Shown: positions 1 to 10,142, counted from the first letter of the stretch. The stretch is 64,000 bases of DNA from a bacterium (GCA_021786945.1 JAJYMK010000003.1:329366-393365); one strand, 5' to 3'. Numbers and translations: made by a program. Notes: a model not told the origin generated them from the sequence alone.

Positions 1-1
1 T

Positions 2-427
2 ATACCTATAATTAATGCCGGTAAAACAGGAGATACAACAGCCGATGCGTTAGTACGCTTAAAATCGGATGTCTTGGATAAAAAACCAAACATAGTAATT
101 GTTTTTCTTGGGGGAAATGACTTTTTAATGGGTTACAGCAGTGATGTTACGGAAGTAAACCTTACAACTATAGTATCCGATATACAAAAAACCGGAGCTA
201 AAGTTATTTTACTCGGCGGAGATACCCAATTAGCTTCAGATGTCGAACAAAAAATACAAAAAGTTGCAAATCAAGAAAAAGTTTTTGCATATATACCCAA
301 TATTTTAAACGGCATACTATTCAGAAAAGATCTTATGTACGACAATCTCCATCCAAATGGGAAGGGACATGAATTAATAGCACAAAAAATTCTTCCGGCC
401 CTGCAAAGAGCATTGAGTGAAAATTAA
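2..427 (+). CDS. SGNH/GDSL hydrolase, TesA-like lysophospholipase/arylesterase (5' truncated at window edge)
   Basis: The frame continues upstream of the listed TTG start back to window position 2 (…IPIINAGKTGDTTADAL…). The GDTT(ADAL) block resembles the TesA GDS(L) active-site block, followed by a GGNDxxxG block typical of SGNH hydrolases. Confidence 0.6.
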   Translation: MPIINAGKTGDTTADALVRLKSDVLDKKPNIVIVFLGGNDFLMGYSSDVTEVNLTTIVSDIQKTGAKVILLGGDTQLASDVEQKIQKVANQEKVFAYIPNILNGILFRKDLMYDNLHPNGKGHELIAQKILPALQRALSEN

Positions 428-429
428 AT

Positions 430-458
430 AAAAAAACCGGCCGCGCCGGTTTTTTTAT
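430..458 (+). terminator. rho-independent terminator hairpin (CCGGCCGCGCCGG) plus T-run
   Basis: A GC hairpin immediately after the stop codon, followed by TTTTTTT. Confidence 0.6.
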
Positions 459-462
459 TTTG

Positions 463-533
463 TGCCTCCACATGGAATCGAACCATGGTCAACTGCTTAA
501 AAGGCAGCTGCTTTACCATTAAGCTATGGAGGC
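463..533 (-). tRNA. tRNA-Lys(TTT)
   Basis: The reverse complement folds as a cloverleaf: GCCTCCATAGCTTAATGGTAAAGCAGCTGCCTTTTAAGCAGTTGACCATGGTTCGATTCCATGTGGAGGCA. Anticodon loop is CTTTTAA. Confidence 0.8.
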
Positions 534-634
534 TTATTTTTACCAATTTCAATTAATTTATTTTAAATTAAAAATGTAAAATAATCAATATTTTTATGAT
601 ATAATTAATTTATCAAACTAATAATTTACCCTTA

Positions 635-1546
635 ATGAAAATAATAAAAAATAAAACAATAACTTGGATCGACATTTCAAAACCTACAAAACAAGATATA
701 GAATTTGTAGTAAAACAGCATAAATTTCACCCGATTATTCTAGATGAATTACTTCATCTTTCAGCTAGGTCCCGAGTTGAAAAATATGACCAATATCTCT
801 TCTTAACTTATCATTTGCCGGTTTACGACCCCATATTAAAAACTTCAAGAAAAGCTGAGGTGGATTTTCTCATAACAAAAAATAAAGTTATTTCCGTGCA
901 TTACGAAGAGCTAGAACCGATAAACAACTTTATCAGAAATTTAACCAATAATCCAGGTTTTAAAGAAACGGCCATGACAAATACGGGCAGGCTCATGTAT
1001 TCCCTGATTGAAGAAATAATAAACTTTTCCATGAGACAGCTAAGACACATTGAGGAAAATATAACCAGCCTGACACAAGAATTATTCACCGGTAAAGAAG
1101 ATGCAATGCTCAGAAAAATTTCTTACGTAAAAAGGGACTTGCTCAACTACAGGATAATAAGTAGGCCTCAGGAAATTCTATTAAACTCATTTAAACATGC
1201 CGGAATTAACTTCTGGGGAAACGATATTGCCGTTTACCTATCCGACCTTGTCGGGGATCATCTTAAAGTCATTCAACATCTTGAAAACTACCAGGAAACT
1301 ATTGAGTCATTAGAAGAAACCAATGCACAGCTTCTGGACGCAAAAACTAACTCAGTAATGCAAAAATTCAACATATTGGCTTTTCTTACCATCCCGGCGG
1401 TTATAGTCCTACAATTATTCGCAGTTGAGTCATTTAATAAACTTTTTGGTGATAATGACTTAAAAGTTTTCCTTACCTGTTTAATATTAGTATTTTTGAT
1501 AACTATAATTTCTCTTTTGATATTCAGAAAAAAGAGATGGCTGTAA
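635..1546 (+). CDS. CorA-family divalent cation transporter (non-canonical pore motif)
   Basis: The N-terminal WIDL/HPLxLED-like block (ITWIDISKPT…HPIILDEL…YDQYLFL) and two C-terminal TM helices are typical of CorA. The YGMNF signature is replaced by VESFN. Confidence 0.6.
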   Translation: MKIIKNKTITWIDISKPTKQDIEFVVKQHKFHPIILDELLHLSARSRVEKYDQYLFLTYHLPVYDPILKTSRKAEVDFLITKNKVISVHYEELEPINNFIRNLTNNPGFKETAMTNTGRLMYSLIEEIINFSMRQLRHIEENITSLTQELFTGKEDAMLRKISYVKRDLLNYRIISRPQEILLNSFKHAGINFWGNDIAVYLSDLVGDHLKVIQHLENYQETIESLEETNAQLLDAKTNSVMQKFNILAFLTIPAVIVLQLFAVESFNKLFGDNDLKVFLTCLILVFLITIISLLIFRKKRWL

Positions 1547-1552
1547 TAAAAA

Positions 1553-2980
1553 ATGATTAAAATCTACGACACTTTATCGGGAACAAAACAAGATTTACCG
1601 AATAGCCGCCCAATACGGCTATTTGTTTGCGGTCCAACCGTCTATGACTCCCCGCACATAGGCCATGCCAGAACCTATATTTCTTTCGATACTTTCAATA
1701 GATATCTTCAATCCCAAAAAATAAGAACTTTATATCTGCAAAATATAACCGACGTAGATAACAAAATTATCAGTCGCGCTAAGGAGCAAGATATATCCCC
1801 TATAAAGCTTGCTTTAAAATTTGAAAAAGAATATCACGCCGCCGAAAAAATTCTTAAAATAAAAGGGGTTAAATATGCACGGGCCACAAAACATATTCCC
1901 CAGATAATCGGACAAATCCAAGTTTTGATAGAAAAAAAACACGCCTATAAAACCAACGATGGATATTATTTTGATGTCTCTACTTTTCCGGAATACGGAA
2001 AACTATCCAAAAGAACCGCGCTGCAGGCCGAAGACGCCACTTCCAGAATCGACGAAAGTGCCAATAAAAGAAATAAAGCTGATTTTGTACTCTGGAAATT
2101 CCCCGACCAAAAAGATATTCCGCTGCCAAAAAATACAAAAAAAATAACCTTTAAAATAGTTGACGGTGAACCACTTTGGTACACTGCTCTTGGCTGGGGC
2201 CGTCCAGGCTGGCACATTGAAGACACGGCTATTACGGAACATTATTTCGGCCCGCAATATGACATTCACGGCGGAGCCGTTGAATTAAAATTTCCGCATC
2301 ACGAAGCGGAAATCACACAACAAGAAGCTGCTTCCGAAAAAAAACCACTTGTAAAAATTTGGATGCATACCGGTGTGCTTTTTATCGACGGAAAAAAAAT
2401 GAGTAAGTCCCTGGGTAACTTCATTAAAATAGATGATTTCATCAAAAAATATTCCCCTGAAACACTGCGCCTCCTGATCAATCTCCACCACTATCGTTCC
2501 CCCATTAACTACACCGAAGAATCAGCCAATCAAGCCGACAGTACAATGAAAAGACTTCAGAAAATAATAAACGCCCTTTCATTTATTAAAAATAAAGGCG
2601 CTGTTTCTCCGGAAATAAAAACCTTATTAGAAAAAACCGAGAATGATTTTCAGGAAGCTATGGCCGACGATTTCAATACGCCCAAAGCCCTTGCTTCTAT
2701 TTTTGAAATGATAAATGCAATAGAAAATAAAATCTGGAAATTAACAAAAAATGAAGCTCTGGCTATTAAAAAATTATTAGCCGATAAAATGCTAATCTTC
2801 CTCGGAATAGCCCTAAAAACAGCCAAAATACCCCAAAATATAGCCAAATTAGCTAAGAAAAGGGAGTTATTCAGGAAAAGTAAACAGTTTGCTCAGTCCG
2901 ACCTCTTGAGAAAGAAAATAGAAGAGTTAGGATATATTATAGAGGACACGCCAATAGGTCCGTTCGTAAATAAAATTTAA
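1553..2980 (+). CDS. cysS: cysteinyl-tRNA synthetase
   Basis: Class I HIGH motif (PHIGHARTY) and KMSKS motif (KMSKSLGN). The CysRS-like N-terminus is LFVCGPTVYD. Confidence 0.9.
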   Translation: MIKIYDTLSGTKQDLPNSRPIRLFVCGPTVYDSPHIGHARTYISFDTFNRYLQSQKIRTLYLQNITDVDNKIISRAKEQDISPIKLALKFEKEYHAAEKILKIKGVKYARATKHIPQIIGQIQVLIEKKHAYKTNDGYYFDVSTFPEYGKLSKRTALQAEDATSRIDESANKRNKADFVLWKFPDQKDIPLPKNTKKITFKIVDGEPLWYTALGWGRPGWHIEDTAITEHYFGPQYDIHGGAVELKFPHHEAEITQQEAASEKKPLVKIWMHTGVLFIDGKKMSKSLGNFIKIDDFIKKYSPETLRLLINLHHYRSPINYTEESANQADSTMKRLQKIINALSFIKNKGAVSPEIKTLLEKTENDFQEAMADDFNTPKALASIFEMINAIENKIWKLTKNEALAIKKLLADKMLIFLGIALKTAKIPQNIAKLAKKRELFRKSKQFAQSDLLRKKIEELGYIIEDTPIGPFVNKI

Positions 2981-2995
2981 TTTCTTTTTTAAAAT

Positions 2996-4345
2996 ATGGC
3001 TTCAACAAAATTAAAACTTCCGCCTCAAAATCTGGAAGCGGAGCAATCCGTATTGGGCGCTTTGATGATAGACAAGAATGCAATAATAAACGTTGCCGAT
3101 ATTTTGGTTGCGGAAGATTTTTATAAACCGGCACACGAAAAAATTTACGAAGCTATTCTGAAACTTCACGATAAAAGAGAAGCAATAGATATAGTTACCA
3201 TCACCAACAAACTCAAAGAAATGGGCCTGCTTAAAGATATAGGCGGACAAACTTATTTAACCAAACTGATGGAGTCAGTTCCGTCCGCAGCGCACGTCAC
3301 CCACTATGCCCAAATAGTCAAAGAACAAAAAATCAGAAGAGATCTCATAAATGCTTCAGGTGATATTTCCGAGAAAGCTTTTGGCGGCGGACAAGAATTA
3401 GAAGACACTTTGGATGAAATCGAAAAAAAGATTTTTGCCATTTCCCAGCGCTCAATCCCCCAAAAGTTTTCCAGTATCGGCGAAGGCCTTAAAGGCGCTT
3501 ATGAAAGAATAGAAAAACTTCACAGCGGCGAAGGAAAATTAAGAGGAATTCCAACAGGTTTTCAAGAATTGGATAATATGCTTTCCGGCTTTCAAAGATC
3601 CGATCTCGTTATTTTAGGTGCCAGGCCGTCTATCGGTAAAACCTCATTAGCCTTGGATATCGCCAGAAATGCCGCGGTAAAGCATGGCCAACCGGTAGGA
3701 ATATTCTCTCTTGAAATGTCTAAAGAGCAGGTAATCGACAGAATTATCTCTACCCAAGCAAATGTCCCTTTATGGAATTTAAGGACCGGAAACCTAAAAG
3801 AAGACGAATCATTTGGATATATACAGAGCGCATTGGACGAACTTTCCCAGGCACCAATATTTATAGACGATACCCCATCACCAAACATTCTTCAGATGAG
3901 ATCTATGGCCAGAAGGCTTCAATCCGAAAATGGATTAAGCATGCTTGTAGTGGACTATCTGCAGTTGATACAGCCCCGCACAACTTCAGATAATATGGTT
4001 TCCCAAATAACTGAAATTTCCAGGGGGTTGAAGGGTTTGGCAAGAGAGCTTAATGTTCCGGTAATTGCCCTTTCCCAGCTTTCCAGGGCTGTCGACCAAA
4101 GAGAGAATAAAAGACCAAGATTATCTGATTTAAGAGAATCCGGATCCATTGAACAAGACGCCGACGTTGTCATGTTTATCTACAGAAAAGATCACGAAAA
4201 AACCAATCCTTCTCCGGAAGAAATGGGCACAGCAGAAATCATCGTAGCAAAGCACAGAAACGGCCCGACGGGCACCATTAAATTAAAATTCAACCAAGAA
4301 AGGGCTAGTTTCTCAGATATCGATAAATATCACGACGAGAACTAG
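2996..4345 (+). CDS. dnaB: replicative DNA helicase DnaB
   Basis: DnaB N-terminal signature LPPQNLEAEQSVLGALM. RecA-like Walker A GARPSIGKTSLAL. The C-terminal ATPase domain is present. Confidence 0.9.
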   Translation: MASTKLKLPPQNLEAEQSVLGALMIDKNAIINVADILVAEDFYKPAHEKIYEAILKLHDKREAIDIVTITNKLKEMGLLKDIGGQTYLTKLMESVPSAAHVTHYAQIVKEQKIRRDLINASGDISEKAFGGGQELEDTLDEIEKKIFAISQRSIPQKFSSIGEGLKGAYERIEKLHSGEGKLRGIPTGFQELDNMLSGFQRSDLVILGARPSIGKTSLALDIARNAAVKHGQPVGIFSLEMSKEQVIDRIISTQANVPLWNLRTGNLKEDESFGYIQSALDELSQAPIFIDDTPSPNILQMRSMARRLQSENGLSMLVVDYLQLIQPRTTSDNMVSQITEISRGLKGLARELNVPVIALSQLSRAVDQRENKRPRLSDLRESGSIEQDADVVMFIYRKDHEKTNPSPEEMGTAEIIVAKHRNGPTGTIKLKFNQERASFSDIDKYHDEN

Positions 4346-4357
4346 TAATAAATCCAA

Positions 4358-4969
4358 ATGAACCTTCCGGATCCCATAAAAAATTTCATAGACCACTTCT
4401 CCAAGCTTCCCTCCATAGGCCCACGTCAAGCTACCCGCCTTTCGTTTTTTATAATAAATTCCGGCAAAAAAGAAATTGAGGAAATAAAAAAATCATTTGA
4501 GGAGTTGGAAAAAATGGATATCTGCGAAGATTGTTTTTTTGTTTTTATGCCTAAAAACAATGCAGACAAAAAATGCAATATCTGCAGTGATAATCAAAGA
4601 AATCATAAGATTATAGCTGTAGTGGAAAAAGAAACCGATTTGATTTCTCTGGAAAAAACTAATAAATTCAACGGGGTCTATTTCATTGTGGGTAATCTGC
4701 AAAAAAATGGAATGCTGGGTGTTGAACAAAAAAATAGATTAACCAAATTAAAAAATAGAATTACGAAAGAGCTGGGCGGCCAAGCAGAAGAAATAATAGT
4801 AGCCATAAATCCGACAACATACGGGGATTTCAATGCAACCATTCTCTCGAAAGAACTTAAAGATTTCACAAAAAAAATAACCAGGCTAGGGCGAGGTATA
4901 CCAACTGGCGGTGAAATAGAATTTGCCGACGAAGATACTCTTGGCAATGCCCTAGAAAGAAGAATATAA
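4358..4969 (+). CDS. recR: recombination protein RecR
   Basis: HhH motif LPSIGPRQATRL, C4 zinc finger (CEDC…CNIC), and a Toprim domain. Confidence 0.9.
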   Translation: MNLPDPIKNFIDHFSKLPSIGPRQATRLSFFIINSGKKEIEEIKKSFEELEKMDICEDCFFVFMPKNNADKKCNICSDNQRNHKIIAVVEKETDLISLEKTNKFNGVYFIVGNLQKNGMLGVEQKNRLTKLKNRITKELGGQAEEIIVAINPTTYGDFNATILSKELKDFTKKITRLGRGIPTGGEIEFADEDTLGNALERRI

Positions 4970-4996
4970 AATCCCCCATTTCTGGGGGATTTTAGT
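4965..4996. terminator. bidirectional terminator (ATCCCCCATTTCTGGGGGAT) between recR and rplU
   Basis: A perfect GC hairpin flanked by A-run and T-run, sitting between convergent genes. Confidence 0.6.
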
Positions 4997-5307
4997 TATT
5001 TTATAGACGTAACTTCAATTTCTGTCATTTCTTGCCTGTGTCCTTTTTTCTTTCTTCGTCTTGTCTTGGAGTGATATTTAAAGACAATTTTTTTGTCATC
5101 TTTATAGTTTTCGGTAATCTTAGCTTTTACCTCGGACCCCTTCAAGTAAGGAGCACCAACGGATACGTCTTCACCGTCAGCAACTAATAAAACTTTATCA
5201 AAAACAACTTCGGTTCCGGCTTCTTTATCCAATTTTTCTATTTGAACTTTTTGGCCAACAGCAACTTTATATTGCTTTCCGCCTGTTTCTATAACTGCGA
5301 ATTTCAT
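4996..5307 (-). CDS. rplU: 50S ribosomal protein L21
   Basis: MKFAVIETGGKQYKV… is the canonical L21 N-terminus. Length is 103 aa. Confidence 0.9.
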   Translation of the reverse strand: MKFAVIETGGKQYKVAVGQKVQIEKLDKEAGTEVVFDKVLLVADGEDVSVGAPYLKGSEVKAKITENYKDDKKIVFKYHSKTRRRKKKGHRQEMTEIEVTSIK

Positions 5308-5318
5308 AATGAATACGT

Positions 5319-5663
5319 TTAATTAATAGATATAATAACAAAAACCGCTATTAAAATCAATATGGACAAAACTACGCTGAAGGCCGAAAGCAAATAACTC
5401 AAAAATCTTTCCTTAAAATAAACCCTCATCGAAAGCCAAAAATTAAGGAGAATAATCGTAGCTGAAATTCCTAAAATACTATAAAGATCACTCTTATTTC
5501 CCAAAAAATCGGTTCCTTTATAGCTATCGAAATGCATTACCAATAAATTTCCAGTCTTGTAAAAATTTATAAAAGCCCAAAGCCAAGCCAATAAAACAAT
5601 GAGCATACTAGAACCAAAAGAATATGCCAAAAATTTTTCTTTTTTAAAATCTAATAATTTCAT
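5319..5663 (-). CDS. hypothetical small membrane protein (3-4 TM)
   Basis: Hydrophobic segments and a coding-like frame between rplU and tgt. No recognisable motif. Confidence 0.4.
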   Translation of the reverse strand: MKLLDFKKEKFLAYSFGSSMLIVLLAWLWAFINFYKTGNLLVMHFDSYKGTDFLGNKSDLYSILGISATIILLNFWLSMRVYFKERFLSYLLSAFSVVLSILILIAVFVIISIN

Positions 5664-5669
5664 GATTTT

Positions 5670-6806
5670 TTAAAAATTTCCTTTCATTATATCTTTCCTT
5701 ATTCCTCTCATCAAATTTTCCATAAAATAAATATTATGGATAGAAGTTAAAATACCGGCCAACATTTCCCCGCTCTGGAATAAATGTTTTACATACCCGC
5801 GGGTAAAATTCCGACAAGTGTAACAACCACATCCCTTTTCAATAGGCTTTTTGTCTAAAGCAAATTTTCCTGATTTCATATTCAGGTTTCCTTTTTTGGT
5901 TAAAGCTGTACCGTTCCTGCCCAATCTGGTAGGGGTCACGCAATCAAAAGTATCAATTCCTCGTCTTACCGCTTCAAAAATATCTTCAACCGAACCTATT
6001 CCCAATAAATGCTTAGGTTTATTTTCCGGGAGATTTTCCACAGACCAATCCAATTCATTCTTTTTTCCTTTTTTAAATTTACCGAAAGCTCCACCTATTC
6101 CAAAACCGTCAAAATCCATCTTGCCTATAAATTCCGAGCTCTTTAAACGCAAATCTTTGTATTCTCCGCCTTGCACGATGCCAAAAAGCATCTGATCTTT
6201 TCTTTTATGAGCCTTCAAAGATCTCTCAGCCCAGCGATGAGTACGCTCCATTGCTTCTTTTGTATATTCATAATCGGAAAAAGGTGAGGTGCATTCATCA
6301 AAAGCAAAAATAATATCCGCCCCCAGATTTTCCTGTATTTTCATAGATTCTTCCGGACCAATAAAATGCTTGGAACCGTCCAAAAAAGATTTAAAATAAA
6401 CACCGTCTTCGGTAATCTTCGCAAATTTTTCCATTCCGGCATTTCTTTTTTTTCTGGCTTCTAAAGCCGGCCCGGCAATTTTTGAAGCACCGTGTTCTAA
6501 TCCCAAACCAAGACTAAAAACCTGAAAACCGCCGCTGTCGGTAATAATCGGCTTGGGCCAATTCATAAATTTGTGCAATCCGCCAAATTTTTTAACAACT
6601 TCATCTCCCGGTCTCAAAAATAAATGATAGGTATTACATAAAACAGCTTCAATACCCATTTCGTTAAGCTGTGCCGGGGTAATACCCTTTACCGTTCCTT
6701 TTGTACCAACAGGAAAAAAAGCCGGGGTATGAATCTGACCATGAGGCGTATTAATAACTCCTGCTCGTGCACGATTTTTCTTGGATTTCTTTAAAATTTT
6801 AAACAT
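5670..6806 (-). CDS. tgt: queuine tRNA-ribosyltransferase (tRNA-guanine transglycosylase)
   Basis: Zn motif CGCYTCRNFTRGYVKHLF, DSGGFQV, and a MFKILKK…RARAG N-terminus like E. coli Tgt. The start is set at the internal Met (6806), because the longer ORF runs into the tRNA-Glu gene. Confidence 0.85.
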   Translation of the reverse strand: MFKILKKSKKNRARAGVINTPHGQIHTPAFFPVGTKGTVKGITPAQLNEMGIEAVLCNTYHLFLRPGDEVVKKFGGLHKFMNWPKPIITDSGGFQVFSLGLGLEHGASKIAGPALEARKKRNAGMEKFAKITEDGVYFKSFLDGSKHFIGPEESMKIQENLGADIIFAFDECTSPFSDYEYTKEAMERTHRWAERSLKAHKRKDQMLFGIVQGGEYKDLRLKSSEFIGKMDFDGFGIGGAFGKFKKGKKNELDWSVENLPENKPKHLLGIGSVEDIFEAVRRGIDTFDCVTPTRLGRNGTALTKKGNLNMKSGKFALDKKPIEKGCGCYTCRNFTRGYVKHLFQSGEMLAGILTSIHNIYFMENLMRGIRKDIMKGNF

Positions 6807-6820
6807 AGAAATAAAAAGTA

Positions 6821-6892
6821 GTCCCAACGGGAGTCGAACCCGTGTTTTATCCGTGAGAGGGATATGTCCTGCCACTAGACGATGGGACCGAA
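6821..6892 (-). tRNA. tRNA-Glu(CTC)
   Basis: The reverse complement GTCCCATCGTCTAGTGGCAGGACATATCCCTCTCACGGATAAAACACGGGTTCGACTCCCGTTGGGAC resembles E. coli tRNA-Glu. Anticodon loop is CTCTCAC. Confidence 0.75.
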
Positions 6893-6915
6893 TAATTGGC
6901 TGACTAAAAGCTATT

Positions 6916-8151
6916 TTATACTACTTTTATCTCTTCTACAACTTTTTCCAAATGCATAGCGTGAGAACCTTTTATAATCACCAGATCTCCTTTTTTCATT
7001 ATTTCCTGGACTTTAAGCCTTGCGTCTTCGGAAGTTTCAAAACTGAATATATTTTTTATCGGCATACCTTTTTTGGAGGCTGATTCCGCAATAAATTTAG
7101 ATCTCGGACCAACGGTTACAAGAATATCAAAAACTTCAGGAATCAATCTTCCCAATTCTTCATGGGCCTCAATAGTATACTTCCCAATTTCAAGCATGTC
7201 GCCCAACACCGCAATTTTTCTTTTGAATTTTAAAGACTGCGCCAACTCAATGACAGCCTTCATAGAAGCCGGGGATGCATTATAACTATCGTCGATCAAA
7301 AAAGAATCCTTAATTGCCGGCATCATTTTTGTTCTTTGTGCTGGAGACTGATAATCCCTTAAAGCTTCAGAAACCTTTACCAAGTTCAAACCAAAAGCAA
7401 AACCCACAGCAGCGGCAGCGGCAGCAGCATAAGCCTGTGGCTTACCAAAACAGTTATCTATCCTTACGGGCACAAAAGACCCGCCATAATTCAATTTAAA
7501 AGCAATTCCGACGGGTTTACCATCCTCCATCCTATTTTCAAAATTAGTTATCTGAATAGCGGCTTCCGGACCAAAACCATAACTCATAACGTAGGCCTTA
7601 GTCCTGGATTTCATTTCGGCTACATATTTATCATCAACGTTCAAAACTGCAAATCCGGTACTCGGCAAAATCTCTAAAATCTTTGATTTTTCCCGAGCTA
7701 CGGCATCTGGGCCGCTATAAAATTCAACATGCGCGGGCACATCGCCCACCGCAGTAATAACTCCTATTTGCGGTCTAGCAACATCCAAAAGATTTTTAAT
7801 ATCTCCGGGCTTATCAGCGGCATATTCCAAAATAAGTATTTCCGGGTATTTAAATTTAAATACCAATTTAAAAAAAGAAATAAAAATTACTTTAAACCAA
7901 AAAGCTCCGCCTATAATTTCCCGATAATCACCCAAAATAGTTAAAGGAAGGCCAAGTTCATTATTAAAATTTCCGTGGGTAGCTCTTACAAATCTAGAAT
8001 CTTTCAAAACGCTAAAAATAGCTTCTTTAGTAGAAGTTTTTCCTACACTTCCCGTTACAGCAATGATTCCCGGCTGATATTTCTTCAAAGTCAAAACAGC
8101 TAGTTTCCTTATAATTTTTTCCAATTGTATTTTGAGTTGTTCTTTGTTCAT
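6916..8151 (-). CDS. murF: Mur ligase, UDP-MurNAc-pentapeptide synthetase MurF-like (short, with a low-complexity insert)
   Basis: P-loop IAVTGSVGKTSTKE and the DDSYNASPASM signature. Position after ftsI in the dcw cluster. Confidence 0.7.
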   Translation of the reverse strand: MNKEQLKIQLEKIIRKLAVLTLKKYQPGIIAVTGSVGKTSTKEAIFSVLKDSRFVRATHGNFNNELGLPLTILGDYREIIGGAFWFKVIFISFFKLVFKFKYPEILILEYAADKPGDIKNLLDVARPQIGVITAVGDVPAHVEFYSGPDAVAREKSKILEILPSTGFAVLNVDDKYVAEMKSRTKAYVMSYGFGPEAAIQITNFENRMEDGKPVGIAFKLNYGGSFVPVRIDNCFGKPQAYAAAAAAAVGFAFGLNLVKVSEALRDYQSPAQRTKMMPAIKDSFLIDDSYNASPASMKAVIELAQSLKFKRKIAVLGDMLEIGKYTIEAHEELGRLIPEVFDILVTVGPRSKFIAESASKKGMPIKNIFSFETSEDARLKVQEIMKKGDLVIIKGSHAMHLEKVVEEIKVV

Positions 8152-8153
8152 AG

Positions 8154-9809
8154 TTATTTCTCTATATAATCTGGAGGAATATTATAATAATTAATCAGAA
8201 ATTCCGCTAGATCTTTAAAAACCGGGACAACGGTTTGTCCAGCCAAAAGACCTCCGGCAGGTTTATCTATTCTCAATAAAATAACAAACTTAGGATCGTA
8301 AGCCGGAGCAAAACCTATATATGTATCTATAAATTGGTTATATAAATATCCCCCCTTAGCAGGGATCTGAGCGGTACCGGTTTTTCCGGCTACATAATAT
8401 CCCGGAATATGCGCAACTATGTTTTTATCTACCGCCGAAACCATCATTTTGACAGCCTGTTTAGCAGACTCTTCCGAAACAACACGGCGCACTATTTCGG
8501 GCCTAGTATCGGCCATAATATACGGTTTCATCAAATTACCTCCATTAGCCAAAACCGAAAACGCATTAATCATTGCAATTGGGGTTACTGCTATTCCTTG
8601 ACCAAAAGAAGCTGTAGCAAAATCCACAGCCGAATTTGTTGTCTTTAATTTCTTTATATTACTGGAAACCTCCCCCGGCAACTCTATTCCGGTTTTTTCG
8701 TTAAAACCGAATTTAATCAAATAATTATAAAACAAATCCTTGCCTATCAGCTGCTGAGCATAACTAGCCCCGGTGTTAAGAGAATTTTCTATAACCTGAG
8801 TCATCGTTGTAAGGCCATGGGCGCCCTTTTCTTCGGCGTCCCAGTTTCTTATGGTATAGCCATCCAATTTTATGAAACCCTTATCAACATAAGTGGTTTC
8901 GGGTGTCAGTTTTCCGGCATCAAGTCCGGCGGCCATAGTAAGAACCTTAAAAACAGATCCCGGCTCATAAATACTTTGAACTGTTGGATTCAAAAAATCT
9001 TTAATTTGAAATTCCGAATAATTATTAGGATTAAAACTGGGATAACTATCCATAGCGATTATCTTTCCGGTTTTCGGATCTTGAACTATTACACACCCAC
9101 CTTCCGCATTATATTTATTAACCAAATCCGCCAAAGATGATTCGGCTCTAGACTGCACCGTCGAATCTATAGTCAAAAAAACATCCCTGCCCTGTTCCGG
9201 ATCAATTACTTTATTATCTTTTAATTCTCCGTTTTTTCCGGCAAGCCGTTCATTAGAATAAAATTCAATTCCATATCTTCCTGAAATAACACCGTCCTCA
9301 GAACCTGGAGAAACGAAACCCAAAACCTGAGCGCCTACATCCTGAAAAGGATAAAACCTAAAATTTTTTTGATCGATATAAATACCTTTAATTTGAAGTT
9401 TTTTTACAGCATCAACTTGATCTTGGGTAGCTTTTTTTATTAATTCAAAATACTGATTTGTAGAATTTAAAAATCCATTAATAACTTTTTGCTTATCAAG
9501 ACCAAGAACGCCAGCAACCGATTCGGCCGCTAATGTAGCCGCTTCTTCCCCTTTAGAATAAATTTCTTTCGGTACGGCAAAAATAATATAATACTCCTTG
9601 TTCATTGCCGCCGGATTAAAATTGCCGTATTTGTCGGTAAAATAAATATTACCCCTTAAAGCCTCCAAAAAACCGGATAAACGGCTTTGCGCTTCAGCTT
9701 TTACCGCATAATAAGATCCCTTGGTGATCTGAAGGTTATAAATATTTGAGATTAAGACAAAATATAAAAACACGAATACTGTCGAAATAAAATAAATTCG
9801 CGTCTTCAT
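8154..9809 (-). CDS. ftsI: penicillin-binding protein transpeptidase (FtsI/PBP2-like)
   Basis: SxxK (GSVFKV), SxN (NSLNTG) and KTG (AGKTGTA) motifs, an N-terminal TM anchor, and dcw-cluster context. Confidence 0.85.
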   Translation of the reverse strand: MKTRIYFISTVFVFLYFVLISNIYNLQITKGSYYAVKAEAQSRLSGFLEALRGNIYFTDKYGNFNPAAMNKEYYIIFAVPKEIYSKGEEAATLAAESVAGVLGLDKQKVINGFLNSTNQYFELIKKATQDQVDAVKKLQIKGIYIDQKNFRFYPFQDVGAQVLGFVSPGSEDGVISGRYGIEFYSNERLAGKNGELKDNKVIDPEQGRDVFLTIDSTVQSRAESSLADLVNKYNAEGGCVIVQDPKTGKIIAMDSYPSFNPNNYSEFQIKDFLNPTVQSIYEPGSVFKVLTMAAGLDAGKLTPETTYVDKGFIKLDGYTIRNWDAEEKGAHGLTTMTQVIENSLNTGASYAQQLIGKDLFYNYLIKFGFNEKTGIELPGEVSSNIKKLKTTNSAVDFATASFGQGIAVTPIAMINAFSVLANGGNLMKPYIMADTRPEIVRRVVSEESAKQAVKMMVSAVDKNIVAHIPGYYVAGKTGTAQIPAKGGYLYNQFIDTYIGFAPAYDPKFVILLRIDKPAGGLLAGQTVVPVFKDLAEFLINYYNIPPDYIEK

Positions 9810-9826
9810 ATCTTGTCTTAATCAAA

Positions 9827-10138
9827 TTAATTTACGGCTAAAGCTTCCGAGCTCTTTTCGAAATATTTTGGCTTTGTTTCTTTTACTAATCCGTTTGTTT
9901 TGACAATGCCATTAAGACTACTCAGATCGGTAATTTTATAAAGCTGATTTTTAAAGTCGGCGTTCGCCAACTGAAGAACCTGTAAGTTTTTGGAATTATC
10001 GGAAATCGAATGCTTCAAGCCTACATTCTCATTATAAATGTAAATGTTCAAAAGCACTAAACCAACTAACGCAAAAGACAACAGCAAAGGAGAAGAATTA
10101 TAAGAATATTTAGTTTTATTTGGTTCTATTATAGTCAT
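9827..10138 (-). CDS. FtsL-like cell division protein (single TM)
   Basis: A 103-aa bitopic protein sitting between rsmH and ftsI, which is the conserved ftsL position. Confidence 0.45.
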   Translation of the reverse strand: MTIIEPNKTKYSYNSSPLLLSFALVGLVLLNIYIYNENVGLKHSISDNSKNLQVLQLANADFKNQLYKITDLSSLNGIVKTNGLVKETKPKYFEKSSEALAVN

Positions 10139-10142
10139 TTTT

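Noticed and set aside
5670-6875. Extended 401-aa version of tgt
   Set aside because: The N-terminal extension overlaps tRNA-Glu. The conserved Tgt N-terminus begins at the internal Met (6806).
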